Assembly (NCBI GenBank): GCA_041163625.1
Contig: JBEARB010000052.1
Coordinates: forward strand, 1 to 62,544
Source: Pseudomonadota bacterium
Lineage (GTDB): Bacteria; Myxococcota_A; UBA9042
Length of the DNA stretch: 62,544 nt
Direction: 5' to 3'
Shown here: positions 45,998 through 56,798 of the stretch, one piece after another
Numbering within the stretch: the stretch's first letter is position 1
How the letters are laid out: every line of letters begins with the position of its first letter
Program-made: the position numbers and the translations under genes
The notes under the pieces: generated by a model
The model's input: only the letters and a program-made list of their open reading frames with translations
Told to the model about the DNA's origin: nothing
The model's database searches: none

Positions 45998-47807
45998 CCG
46001 GCGCGGTCGGGTCGCCGCGCACCACCACGTCCGCGTCGACGAGTCTGGCGCTTCGATCCGGACTGAGCAAGACCGACACCGCCGGCACCCCCAACTCGCC
46101 GAGTAGCGGACCGTGATCGCCGAGACCGAGCGCGTTGCTCGTCGTCACCACGACCAGGCCCGCGTCGGTCAGCGGACGCAGCGTGCGCCGGAGGTTTTCC
46201 CTCAGCGCGTCGCGCGCCGCTTCGAAGCTGGTGTCGCGCGGCGCGTCGGCGAGCACGTCGTCGGCGTCGAGCAACACGGCATCCAAGCCGGCATCGCGCA
46301 GGGCCCGCTGCAAAGCCGCCGCAGCGCGCTGCTTGCCCTGGCCGGCCTCCCCGACCATCAGGATCACCGCGGCGCGATGCCCACGGGCGGCAGCGAAGGT
46401 CTCGGCAGAGACGGCCTGCGGAAGCCACTGCAGATCTTCGACGCGCTCGATGGCCCGCTTGCCGACGTCTTCGAGCGGCTCGAGCGCGCTGATCTGGCCG
46501 CCGCCCCAGATGTCGTAGCCGTCGAGCAGCACGAAGCGCCGCGTCTCGGGCACGCCCTCCTCGATGTCGGCGGCGAGGGGACGCTCGAGCCGCAGCGTCA
46601 CCTCCGCGATCTGATTGCGCTCCACCTCGGTCGGTCCGTACACGGTCGAGAGGGTCGCCGCGTCGGTCGTGTCGTGGATGGTCGCGACCTCGCATTCGAC
46701 CTCGGCGGTGCCCAGGCGCAGGCCGTAGGTGCCGCCGAGGCGCAGCGACTTGCGTCCGAGCCAGAAGATCCGGCCACGCAGCATTCGGCCGACGGCCGGG
46801 GCGCGGCTCGCGTGGTGCATCATCTCGCCGCGCGGCACGAAGAGCTCGTCCTCGAGCACCACGGTGGCGTTGTCGCCGGCTGCGATCGAGAGCGGGTCCG
46901 GCGCGGCGAACACGCGCAACGCCTTCACGCGGCTGCGCTTGCCACTCGGACTGAAGATCACGTCGTCGCCGACCCGCAACATGCCGCCCTCGAGCCGGCC
47001 GACGACCATGCGCTCGTCGTTGCCGACACGGTTGAACTTGTAGACGTCCTGCACCGGCATCCGCAGCGGGCCCTCGGCCCCCTGACGCACCGGCTGTAGC
47101 CCATCGAGCGCCTGCAAGAGCGTCGGACCCCGATGCCACGGCATCTGCGCGCTCGGCACGGTGACGTTGTCGCCACCGCGCGCGCTGACGGGCACCCACG
47201 CGCAAGGCGTAATCCCGCAATCCTTCAGGAAGGCGCCGTAGGTCTCGCACAGGTGCGCGAAGCGGGCCTGGTCGAAGCCGATGAGGTCGAGCTTGTTCAC
47301 GACCACCACGACCTGCCGGATCCCGAGCAGCCCGAGCAGCTTGCCGTGCCGCCGCGAGTTTTCGCGGATGCCCTCGTTGGCGTCGAGCAGCAGCAGCGCG
47401 GCCTCGGCGCGGGCTGCGCCCGAGACCATGTTGCGGATGAACTCCACGTGGCCGGGAGCGTCGACGAGGATGTAGTCGCGCCGGTCGCTGTGGAAGAAGG
47501 CGCGAGCGGCGTCGATGGTGATGCCTTGCTCACGCTCGGCCTCGAGCGCGTCGAGCAGGAAGGCGTACTCGAAGACCTTGCCCTGCCGCTCGCAGAGCTC
47601 GCGCACCGCGTCGATTCGCATCTGCGGGATCGTGCCGGTATCGGCCATCAAGCGACCGACCAACGTCGACTTGCCGTGGTCGACGTGTCCGACCGTCACC
47701 ACGGTCAGCAATTCCCGTTCGGCGAGCGCGTCGCGGGCGGCCGAGTCGGCGGCAGCCAGCGCGGCGGCGTCGACGTGGGCGTCGGGATCCAGATTGCGTG
47801 CGTTCAT
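45939..47807 (-). CDS. cysNC: sulfate adenylyltransferase subunit 1 (CysN GTPase) fused to an APS-kinase-like C-terminal domain
   Basis: Start set at ATG 47807 (GGAG RBS). GHVDHGKST, DAPGH, NKLD G-motifs. The C-terminal ~170 aa resemble CysC (..ENLRR..) but the P-loop reads GEAGQGKQ. Confidence 0.85.
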   Translation of the reverse strand: MNARNLDPDAHVDAAALAAADSAARDALAERELLTVVTVGHVDHGKSTLVGRLMADTGTIPQMRIDAVRELCERQGKVFEYAFLLDALEAEREQGITIDAARAFFHSDRRDYILVDAPGHVEFIRNMVSGAARAEAALLLLDANEGIRENSRRHGKLLGLLGIRQVVVVVNKLDLIGFDQARFAHLCETYGAFLKDCGITPCAWVPVSARGGDNVTVPSAQMPWHRGPTLLQALDGLQPVRQGAEGPLRMPVQDVYKFNRVGNDERMVVGRLEGGMLRVGDDVIFSPSGKRSRVKALRVFAAPDPLSIAAGDNATVVLEDELFVPRGEMMHHASRAPAVGRMLRGRIFWLGRKSLRLGGTYGLRLGTAEVECEVATIHDTTDAATLSTVYGPTEVERNQIAEVTLRLERPLAADIEEGVPETRRFVLLDGYDIWGGGQISALEPLEDVGKRAIERVEDLQWLPQAVSAETFAAARGHRAAVILMVGEAGQGKQRAAAALQRALRDAGLDAVLLDADDVLADAPRDTSFEAARDALRENLRRTLRPLTDAGLVVVTTSNALGLGDHGPLLGELGVPAVSVLLSPDRSARLVDADVVVRGDPTAPDVLGDLCDRVRRIARVGTN

Positions 47808-47824
47808 CACCATCTCCACGCTCG

Positions 47825-48694
47825 CTACATGTAGCCGTCGCGACGGAGCTTCTCCATCGCGTGCGGATCGACTTGGTCCTGCGCGCGGCCGGCGCGCTCG
47901 GGCGTCTTGATCGTCCGCAGCTCGGCGACCACCTCGTCGGGCGTCCGTGCCCTGGACTGGATATTCGCCGTGCACGGCTGACATCCGAGCGAGCGGTAGC
48001 GCGTCCCGGCGCCGCGGTCGTAGTACAGGTCGATGATCGGGATCTGCTCTTTGGCGATGTAGACCCAGAGGTCGATCTCGGTCCAATCGAGCAGCGGGTG
48101 GATCCGCACGTGCGTGCCCGGGGCGAACCGCGTCTTGAACTGATTCCAGAACTCGGGCGGTTGCTCGGCCACGTCCCAGTCGTTGTTCTCGTCACGCGGC
48201 GAGAACGTGCGCTCCTTGCTGCGCGATCCCTCTTCGTCCGCGCGGGCGCCGACGATGACGCCCGTGTAGGCGCGCGGATTCCAATCCGGCACGTACACGC
48301 CCTCGGCGTTCATCCGCTTGCGCGGCCCGGTGGCGTCCAGGGTGCGTCGCAGCGCCTCGGTCTTGAGCGCGCCGCAGCAGGTCAGGCGGCCACGCTCGGG
48401 GTTCATCCCGTCGGCGAGCGCGGCCTCGTTCTGACCGACGACCATCGTCAGGCCCCATTCCTTCGCGATCCGATCGCGGTACGCGATCATCTCGGGGATT
48501 TTGTAGCTCGTGTCGATGTGGACGAGCGGGAACGGGACCTCACCGGCGAACGCCTTGCGCGCCAGCCAGAGCATCACGGTCGAGTCCTTGCCAATCGACC
48601 ACAGCATCGCCAGCGAATCGAAGCTCCGGTAGGCCTCGCGCAGGATGTAGATGCTCTGGCTCTCGAGCTGCCGCAGTCGGCTCGAAGTCGACAT
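47825..48694 (-). CDS. cysD: sulfate adenylyltransferase subunit 2
   Basis: Start set at ATG 48694 (GAGGAGG RBS). [11 protein letters not shown].., SIGKDS, HIDT.. conserved blocks. Confidence 0.92.
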   Translation of the reverse strand: MSTSSRLRQLESQSIYILREAYRSFDSLAMLWSIGKDSTVMLWLARKAFAGEVPFPLVHIDTSYKIPEMIAYRDRIAKEWGLTMVVGQNEAALADGMNPERGRLTCCGALKTEALRRTLDATGPRKRMNAEGVYVPDWNPRAYTGVIVGARADEEGSRSKERTFSPRDENNDWDVAEQPPEFWNQFKTRFAPGTHVRIHPLLDWTEIDLWVYIAKEQIPIIDLYYDRGAGTRYRSLGCQPCTANIQSRARTPDEVVAELRTIKTPERAGRAQDQVDPHAMEKLRRDGYM

Positions 48695-48782
48695 CGTCAC
48701 CTCCTCACGGATGAAAGGGACGCATCGCCGGGCGCCCATCGCGGGGCGGGTGGTGGGGTGCGACGGACGCCCAGCGACACGA

Positions 48783-50519
48783 TCAGGCCGCGCACTCTCC
48801 GGCGCGCGAAATCACGTGGAAGGCCTCGGTGAGCCCGATGTCGACGAAGTCGTCCTCCGCCAGCACGTCCGGCTCGACCAGGTCCGCGACCACCGGCCGG
48901 AGGGCCGTGAGGTCGGCCGCCTGCAGGGCATCGGCAGCGGTCTGCTCGGCGGTCTTGTTCTGGTCGGCCCACGTCGCCAGACGTGACAGCGCTTCGGGAA
49001 CACGACGCGCCGGGACCAAGCCCAGACTCTCTCCGAACCGCGCGACGCCACCGTGCAGCCCGCCGCCCACCATGAGCCGGTAGTGCGGCGCGGCGCGGCC
49101 GTCGACGCGGCGCACGGCCCCGTACAGGCCGATGGTGCCGATGTGGTGCTGACCGCAGGAGTTGTGGCAGCCGGAGATCTTCACGGTCAGGTCGGTGTCT
49201 TCACGACCCTGCAGGGTCTCGGTCAGCTGCGCCGCCAGGTTGCGGCTGTGGGTGATGCCGAGGTTGCAGGTCGAGGTGCCGGGGCAGCTCGTCACGTTGC
49301 CGGACCAGAGCCCGCCCGGGCGCGCCAAGCCGGCGGCTTGCAGCTCGCGCCAGAGCGTCGGCAGCGCATCCACGTCGATGCCGCGCAACAACGCGTTCTG
49401 CTGCTGCGTGAGGTGCAGTCGATCTTCACCGAAACGCTCGGCGAGTTCGACCAAGCGGCGCAAATCGTCGCCACGCACGCGACCGCCGTGATCGAAGCGC
49501 ACCGTCACGAAGACCTTGCCCGGCAGGCGGGTCTTCTCGACGCTCGAGCGGAACCAATCGTAGTAGCCGCTCTTGCGCGAGACGTCGTCTTCGGGACGCT
49601 CGAGCGTCCAAGCGTCGTCCTGCCAGAGCGTGACGTCCGCCTGCACCGGCGCCGGCGGCTCGGCCAGCACCTTCTCGAGGTAGCCTTGGTAGAGCGCGCT
49701 GAACTTCTCTTCCTTCAGCTTCCGGAGCACGTGCTTGATCCGGGCCTTGCTGCGCACGCGTCGGTTGCCGTGGTCCTGGAACAGGTCGATGGCAGCGAGC
49801 AGCGGCGTCAGGATGTCGCGGGCCGGCCACGCGTCGTGCAGCACCAGGCCGGACTGTGGCATCGAGGCCAGGCCGCCCCCGATCAAGACGCGGAACGCCG
49901 GCTGCCCGTCCTCGCCGCGGACGGCGATCAGGCCGACGTCGTGGATCGCCGCCATGCCGCGGTCGGCCTCGCTGGTCGAGAGCGCGATCTTGAACTTTCG
50001 CGGCAGCGACTGCGCCCGCGGATGATCGATGAAGAAGCGCGTGATCGCTGCCATGTACGGCGTCGTGTCGAAGACCTCGTCGGCCGCGAGGCCCGCATAG
50101 GGGTCTTGCGTCACGGTGCGCACGGCGTTGCCGCAGGCGTCCATCTGCGTGATGCCGCCGGCATTGAGCCGACCCTTCCACACCGGCACGGTCTCGAGCG
50201 GGATGTGGTGGATCTGGATGTTGGTGCGCGTGGTGATGTTGCCGAAGCCGAGCGGCGCTTCGTCGAGCAGCTCGGCGAGCAGGCGCGCCTGGTCCACGGC
50301 GAGGATGCCGCCGGGGATCTTGATGCGCATCATGTAGACGTCGTCCTGGCGCTGACCGTACACGCCGCGGGTGAGGCGGTAGGCGCGGTAGCTGTCGGCG
50401 TCGAGCTCGCCGCGGACGTAGGCCTCGGTCTTGGCGACGAACTCGTCGACCTCGTCGCGCTGAACCCAGTTCAGGTCCAGGCCGTCGCGGGTGGTCGTAC
50501 GAACGGTAGTGGTGCTCAT
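48783..50519 (-). CDS. ferredoxin-type sulfite reductase (NirA/Sir family, siroheme-[4Fe-4S])
   Basis: Start set at ATG 50519 (GAGGAGAGG RBS). Duplicated nitrite/sulfite reductase ferredoxin-like halves. Cys cluster TSCPGTSTC...CHNSC. Confidence 0.85.
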   Translation of the reverse strand: MSTTTVRTTTRDGLDLNWVQRDEVDEFVAKTEAYVRGELDADSYRAYRLTRGVYGQRQDDVYMMRIKIPGGILAVDQARLLAELLDEAPLGFGNITTRTNIQIHHIPLETVPVWKGRLNAGGITQMDACGNAVRTVTQDPYAGLAADEVFDTTPYMAAITRFFIDHPRAQSLPRKFKIALSTSEADRGMAAIHDVGLIAVRGEDGQPAFRVLIGGGLASMPQSGLVLHDAWPARDILTPLLAAIDLFQDHGNRRVRSKARIKHVLRKLKEEKFSALYQGYLEKVLAEPPAPVQADVTLWQDDAWTLERPEDDVSRKSGYYDWFRSSVEKTRLPGKVFVTVRFDHGGRVRGDDLRRLVELAERFGEDRLHLTQQQNALLRGIDVDALPTLWRELQAAGLARPGGLWSGNVTSCPGTSTCNLGITHSRNLAAQLTETLQGREDTDLTVKISGCHNSCGQHHIGTIGLYGAVRRVDGRAAPHYRLMVGGGLHGGVARFGESLGLVPARRVPEALSRLATWADQNKTAEQTAADALQAADLTALRPVVADLVEPDVLAEDDFVDIGLTEAFHVISRAGECAA

Positions 50520-50554
50520 CCTCTCCTCGCTCCGGTCGTCACCGCCGGCAGGGC

Positions 50555-50568
50555 GTTTCATTTGAAAC
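50555..50568. promoter_or_regulatory. perfect AT-rich palindrome GTTTCA-TT-TGAAAC (candidate operator) 36-49 nt upstream of the sulfite reductase ATG
   Basis: Read directly from the sequence. It is one of the few AT-rich patches I noticed in the window. Confidence 0.4.
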
Positions 50569-50893
50569 ATGCGGGGCGCTTCTGTAAAGCCTGCGCCCGG
50601 TCTACGGCGACGTTTCGTCATGGGTCGGCGGCCTTGCGGCGTGCCGGGGTGGTCAGGGTGTGGTCTGGGTCGCGGTCGTTCGGCGGCGGGCCCCGAGGTG
50701 ACGCAGGCGGCGGATCGTCCGCGGCGCCGGCCTCAGGGCCTCGTACAGGCGCAACAACAACCCCAGCGCGCCAAGGGGTGACGGCTCGGACGGGGCTGGG
50801 ACTGGCGCAGTTCCGCGTTCATCGTGAGGGCAGGGTGGCGATGCCCGGGCGACGCTGTCAAGCCCAATCGGGGCGCCGGGCCGTGTCGATTTG

Positions 50894-50922
50894 TTGAGCG
50901 CCGCCAGCGCCTCCCGTAGAGT
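50894..50922 (+). promoter_or_regulatory. sigma-70-type promoter candidate: TTGAGC-17 nt-TAGAGT
   Basis: About 38 nt upstream of ATG 50960 of the small-protein/DUF1343/nadD/DUF2520 operon. Confidence 0.3.
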
Positions 50923-50959
50923 CCGCCGGGCGCGCACCGTCGCGCCTCGAGAGGCGACC

Positions 50960-51199
50960 ATGAAGCAGTTGATCGGCCAGAAGGTCTGGGTGGTGCAGTT
51001 CGACGACGACGAGACCAGCGTCATCGGCATCGTCGAGAGCGTCGACCAGGGTTTCATCGCCCTGCGCAACGAGCGCGAGACCGAGCCGTCGCTCTACGTC
51101 AACCTGACGAACGTGCGAGAGATCGAGGTGTTCAAGACCTCGAACGAAGGTGAGCTGCGCTTGCTCCGCTTCCCGGATCGCGAAGACGACGAGGCCTAG
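50960..51199 (+). CDS. small (79 aa) beta-rich acidic protein, hypothetical
   Basis: Start set at ATG 50960 (GAGAGG RBS). Strong GC3 bias. Its stop codon (51197-51199) lies 20 nt upstream of the next gene's ATG 51220 and overlaps an alternative in-frame GTG at 51199 by 1 nt. Confidence 0.65.
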   Translation: MKQLIGQKVWVVQFDDDETSVIGIVESVDQGFIALRNERETEPSLYVNLTNVREIEVFKTSNEGELRLLRFPDREDDEA

Positions 51200-51219
51200 T
51201 GCCGGTCGCGGAGGGCGTG

Positions 51220-52455
51220 ATGCTGCGCGTCGGAGCCGAAGTCGCCGCCGAGAACGGGTTCGCCACGCTGCGCGGTGAGCGCGTTGCCGTGCTTGCCAAC
51301 CCGACGAGTCTGCTGCGGATGCCGGGTCCCCCGCGGCAGCGCGTACACCTGATCGATGCGCTGCGGCAGGCCGGCATCGAGGTCGCGCGCCTGTTCGGAC
51401 CCGAGCACGGGATCTGGGCGACGGCGCAGGACATGATCGGCGTCGACAGAGGCCGCGACCCGATCTTCGGTCTCGAAGTCGAGACCCTCTACGGCCACGA
51501 CGCGCACAGCCTGCACCTGCGGCCCGAGACGCTCGACGGCATCGACACGCTCGTCTTCGACGTCGCCGACGTCGGCGCCCGCTACTACACCTACGCCGCG
51601 ACGCTGGTGATGGCGCTCGATGCCGCCGCCCGCCGCGGCGTGCGCGTGGTGGTGCTCGACCGTCCGAACCCGCTCGGCGGGGAGGTCGTCGAGGGCAACC
51701 GCGTCGACGTCGAGCGCTTCCAGAGCTTCGTCGGCTGGATCGACATCCCGCAGCGGCACGGCCTGACCATCGGCGAGATCGCGCGTCTGGCCCGCCGCGA
51801 GGCCGCCCTCGACGTGCAGCTCGACGTCGTCCGGGCCGAGGGCTGGGATACCGCCCGCTACCTCGACGAGCAGGACGACGGCGCGCTCGGCCCCGGTTGG
51901 ACGCCGCCCTCGCCGAACATGCCCAGCGTGGCGACCGCCGTCGTGTACCCCGGCCTCTGCCTGCTCGAAGCGACGAACTGGAGCGAAGGCCGCGGGACGA
52001 CGCGCCCCTTCGAGGTGCTCGGCGCGCCCGGCGTGCCCGCGCGCGCGTTGGCGGAGTCGATCCGGGCGCGCACCGAAGGCGCCGTCGACGCACGGCCGCT
52101 GCGCTTCGAGCCGGCATTCCAGAAGCACGCGCGCAGCGTCTGCGACGGCGTCGTGCTCGAGGTCGTCGATCGCGGCCGCCTCGACGCGGTGCGCCTCGGC
52201 CTGCACGTGATCGCGGCCGGCATGTCGCTCGCGCCCGAGACCTTCGCCTGGCGCGCGGAGGCCTACGAGTTCGTCGCCGATCGCAACGCGCTCGATCTGC
52301 TGATGGGTGGGCCCCACGCGCGCACCGTGCTCGAGCGCGGCGGCAGCGTCGCCGAGGCCACCGCCGACTTTGCGGACTCCGAGCGCGCCTTTGCCGAGCG
52401 TGTCCGCGCCGATTTGCTCTACCCCCGCGCGGCCGGCCCGCTCGGGGCGCCGTGA
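51220..52455 (+). CDS. DUF1343-family protein (family of the exo-N-acetylmuramidase NamZ)
   Basis: ..RVAVLANPTS.., LFGPEHG, DVGARYYTY, VLDRPNP, QRHGLTIGE blocks. ATG 51220 with GGAGGG RBS (GTG 51199 possible). Confidence 0.75.
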   Translation: MLRVGAEVAAENGFATLRGERVAVLANPTSLLRMPGPPRQRVHLIDALRQAGIEVARLFGPEHGIWATAQDMIGVDRGRDPIFGLEVETLYGHDAHSLHLRPETLDGIDTLVFDVADVGARYYTYAATLVMALDAAARRGVRVVVLDRPNPLGGEVVEGNRVDVERFQSFVGWIDIPQRHGLTIGEIARLARREAALDVQLDVVRAEGWDTARYLDEQDDGALGPGWTPPSPNMPSVATAVVYPGLCLLEATNWSEGRGTTRPFEVLGAPGVPARALAESIRARTEGAVDARPLRFEPAFQKHARSVCDGVVLEVVDRGRLDAVRLGLHVIAAGMSLAPETFAWRAEAYEFVADRNALDLLMGGPHARTVLERGGSVAEATADFADSERAFAERVRADLLYPRAAGPLGAP

Positions 52456-53021
52456 GCGGCCCGCGCGTCGCGCTCTACGGCGGTAGCTTCGATCCGCCGC
52501 ACGTCGCGCACGTGCTCGCCGTGGCCTGGTTGCGCAGCGCCGCTCCGGTCGATGCCGTCTGGCTGTTGCCGGTGGCGAATCATCCGCACGGCAAGCGAAC
52601 CACCGATTTCGCACTGCGCGTCCAAATGGTCCGCGCCGCGATGTCGGTCTTCGCCGACGGGGTCGAGGTCCGCCTCGACGAGGCCGAACCGGGGGCGACG
52701 GGACGCAGCCTGGACTTGGTGCAGACCCTCGTTGCGCGCCACCCCCGGCATCGCTTCCGCTTCGTGCTCGGTACCGACCAAGTCGCGATCCGCGATCGCT
52801 GGCATCGCTTCGATGCGCTGGCGGCCCTCGCGCCGCCGATCGTGCTCGGTCGGCCCGGGATTCCGGGCGCGCCGGGCCTGGAGCCGGCCATCGATCTGCC
52901 GGATGTCAGCTCCACCGACCTCCGTCGCCGCGTGGCACACGGCGAATCGACCGCAGGGTTGCTGCCGGACGCCGTGCGCCGACTGGTCGATGCGCACGGG
53001 CTCTATCGGGAGTCGGAATGA
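52452..53021 (+). CDS. nadD: nicotinate-nucleotide adenylyltransferase
   Basis: GTG 52452 overlaps the upstream stop (GTGA). LYGGSFDPPHVAH motif. ..SSTDLRRR.. C-terminal motif. Confidence 0.85.
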   Translation: MSGPRVALYGGSFDPPHVAHVLAVAWLRSAAPVDAVWLLPVANHPHGKRTTDFALRVQMVRAAMSVFADGVEVRLDEAEPGATGRSLDLVQTLVARHPRHRFRFVLGTDQVAIRDRWHRFDALAALAPPIVLGRPGIPGAPGLEPAIDLPDVSSTDLRRRVAHGESTAGLLPDAVRRLVDAHGLYRESE

Positions 53022-53905
53022 GCGCGCTCGGCCGCGTCGGCGTGGTCGGCGTCGGGCGTGCCGGCAGCTGCGTCATCGCGGCATTGCGGGCGGCGAAGGC
53101 GGCGCCGCGTCGTGTCCTGGTCCGCGACCCCGTCCGTGCAGCGGCGGTACGTGCCTGGCTCGCTGACTCCGTCGCCGTCGACGCTGCGTTCGGGGCCGGC
53201 TGGCGGACGCTCGACACCATCGTCCTCGCCGTGCCCGACCGCGCGATCGACTCGGCGGCCGCGGCGCTCGACGCTGCGGGCATCGGCCCCGGTGCCGTCC
53301 GTCTGCATCTCTCGGGTGTGCAGGGCGCCGCGCTCTGTGGTCCGCCGCCGCACGGCTCGTGTCACCCCCTCGCGGCCCTGCCGGACGCGCTGGCCAGCGG
53401 GGAGGCGGCGGCACGCGCGGCGCTGGCCGGCGCCACGTGCGCGCTCGACGGCGACCCCGTCGGGATGGCGCGTGCAGCGGCGCTCGCAGAGGCGCTCGGC
53501 GCGGTCGGCGTGCCGGTCGCGTCGGAGGGCCGCGCGCATTGGCACGCTGCGGCGGCGGTCGTCGCCAACGATCTGGTCGCGCTGCTGGCGATCGGTGAGC
53601 GAGCCGCCGTCGCTGCCGGTGTCGAGCGGGGCGTCGCACGGGCCGGGCTGTTGCATCTCGCGCGGACGGCGATCGCCTCGGTCGAGGCGGCCGGTGGCGA
53701 CCCGGCGGCGGGGCTCACGGGCGCGGTGGCGCGTGGTGACGCCAACACGTTGCGCCGACACCTCGACGCGCTGCCGATCCGCGACGCGGCAGTCCATCGA
53801 ACGCTCTCGCGCATCTTGGTCGATGTTGCGGAAGCGGGCGGCCGCCTCGATGGCGACGCGGCGCGAGCGGTTCGCGACGTACTCGAGGACGACGAGACAC
53901 CCTGA
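53018..53905 (+). CDS. Rossmann-fold oxidoreductase-like protein with DUF2520-type C-terminal domain
   Basis: ATGA overlap with nadD. VGVVGVGRAG dinucleotide-binding start. ..TGAVARGD..T...HL.. typical of DUF2520. Confidence 0.6.
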   Translation: MSALGRVGVVGVGRAGSCVIAALRAAKAAPRRVLVRDPVRAAAVRAWLADSVAVDAAFGAGWRTLDTIVLAVPDRAIDSAAAALDAAGIGPGAVRLHLSGVQGAALCGPPPHGSCHPLAALPDALASGEAAARAALAGATCALDGDPVGMARAAALAEALGAVGVPVASEGRAHWHAAAAVVANDLVALLAIGERAAVAAGVERGVARAGLLHLARTAIASVEAAGGDPAAGLTGAVARGDANTLRRHLDALPIRDAAVHRTLSRILVDVAEAGGRLDGDAARAVRDVLEDDETP

Positions 53906-53929
53906 AGTCCGCCGCGCGGCCCAGACGCC

Positions 53930-55465
<1,536 letters not shown>

Positions 55466-55634
55466 GACGCGCATCTCCGTCAGCAGTGTCCAGATTCGTC
55501 ACTGCGTGTATCAATCTGAAACAACGTACGCCGACCGGTGCCCGCGCGCAAGCACGAACCGTCCGATCGCTTCTCGCCTTGCGTTTGCCCGCCGTCCATT
55601 GCGATCCTCCGGCTCCGCGAAGCTGGAGCCCCCG

Positions 55635-56762
55635 ATGACCGAACTCGACCGCGACCACCCCTTCCGAGGCATCGACCTCGGCTCGTTGCCGCGGCCGCAA
55701 CTCCGCGCGCTCTTCGAAGCGGCTGGCGAGAAAGCGTTTCGGGCCGAGCAGCTATTCCGATGGCTGCACGTCCGGCTCGAGCGCGACCTCGATCGCATGA
55801 CCGACTTGCCAGCGTCCTTGCGGGCGAAGTTGGCCGAGGCACAGCCGCTGCCGCAGCTCGAGGTCGTGCTCGCGCCGGTGTCGAAGCTCGACGGTTCGCA
55901 GAAAATGGTGCTGCGACGACGCACCGGTGAGGTGATCGAGGCCGTCGTCATGCCGATGCCTGGCGGGTGGACGACCATCTGCGTCTCTTCTCAGGTCGGC
56001 TGCAAAATGGGCTGCGATTTCTGCGCGACGGCACGGATCCCGACGCGTGTGAACCTCACCGCCGGCGAGATCGTCGAGCAGATCGCCGTCGCGTGCCGTT
56101 TGCGCTTCGAGGCCGGCTGGGCCCGCGGGGGCGTCTCCGGCGGCGTCGATGGCCCGCTGGCCGCGCGGCCGCAGAACATCGTCTTCATGGGGATGGGCGA
56201 GCCGCTCGACAACTTCGACAACGTCGACGCCGCGCTCTCGATCCTCACCGATGCCAAGGGGCTGGGCTTCTCGCCGCGCCGCATCACGGTCTCGACCGTC
56301 GGCCTCGCCAAGCGCTTGCCGGCGCTCGTCGCCGCACACCCGAACGTCCACCTGGCGTGGTCGCTGACGGCCACCACCGACGCGGTGCGTGAGCGCCTGA
56401 TGCCGGTGAACAAGGGCGTACCGATCGCGAAGATGGTCGAGACGCTGACCGCGCTTCCGCCCGATCCCCACCGAAAGATCACGTTCGAGTATGCGTTGCT
56501 CGACGGCGTCAACGACAGCGAGGAGGACGCGCGTCGACTCGGTGCGATGGCGATCGCCTGTGGCGCGCACGTCAACGCGATCCCCTTCAACGTCTGGCCC
56601 GGCGCGCCGTATCAACGGCCGCCCCGCGACGTCGTCGCTCGCTTCGAGCGTGCGGTGGCAGCGACGGGTGCGAGCGTCAGCCTGCGCGAGTCGCGTGGCC
56701 AGGACATCGGCGCGGCCTGCGGACAGTTGGCCGGAAACGAAACGGGCGCGCTCCCGGCCTGA
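55635..56762 (+). CDS. rlmN: 23S rRNA/tRNA (adenine-C2)-methyltransferase RlmN (radical SAM)
   Basis: Start set at ATG 55635 (GGAG RBS). FRAEQLFRWL.., CKMGCDFC cluster, GMGEPL. Confidence 0.88.
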   Translation: MTELDRDHPFRGIDLGSLPRPQLRALFEAAGEKAFRAEQLFRWLHVRLERDLDRMTDLPASLRAKLAEAQPLPQLEVVLAPVSKLDGSQKMVLRRRTGEVIEAVVMPMPGGWTTICVSSQVGCKMGCDFCATARIPTRVNLTAGEIVEQIAVACRLRFEAGWARGGVSGGVDGPLAARPQNIVFMGMGEPLDNFDNVDAALSILTDAKGLGFSPRRITVSTVGLAKRLPALVAAHPNVHLAWSLTATTDAVRERLMPVNKGVPIAKMVETLTALPPDPHRKITFEYALLDGVNDSEEDARRLGAMAIACGAHVNAIPFNVWPGAPYQRPPRDVVARFERAVAATGASVSLRESRGQDIGAACGQLAGNETGALPA

Positions 56763-56798
56763 CCGGTCGCGCGCCCGTTCGTCGAGTCGGACTCGTCG

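Noticed and set aside
50555-50621. Alternative upstream start for sulfite reductase (listed ORF start 50621), which would put the palindrome inside coding sequence (..MFQMKR..).
   Set aside because: The segment uses TTT, CAA and AAA codons that look rare in the well-supported genes of this window, and has no RBS. ATG 50519 has a GAGGAGAGG RBS.
50569-51069. Listed ORFs 50569..50781 (+) and 50653..51069 (-) in the sulfite reductase upstream region.
   Set aside because: They have off-type amino-acid composition and no RBS. The minus-strand ORF is antisense to the well-supported 79-aa gene.
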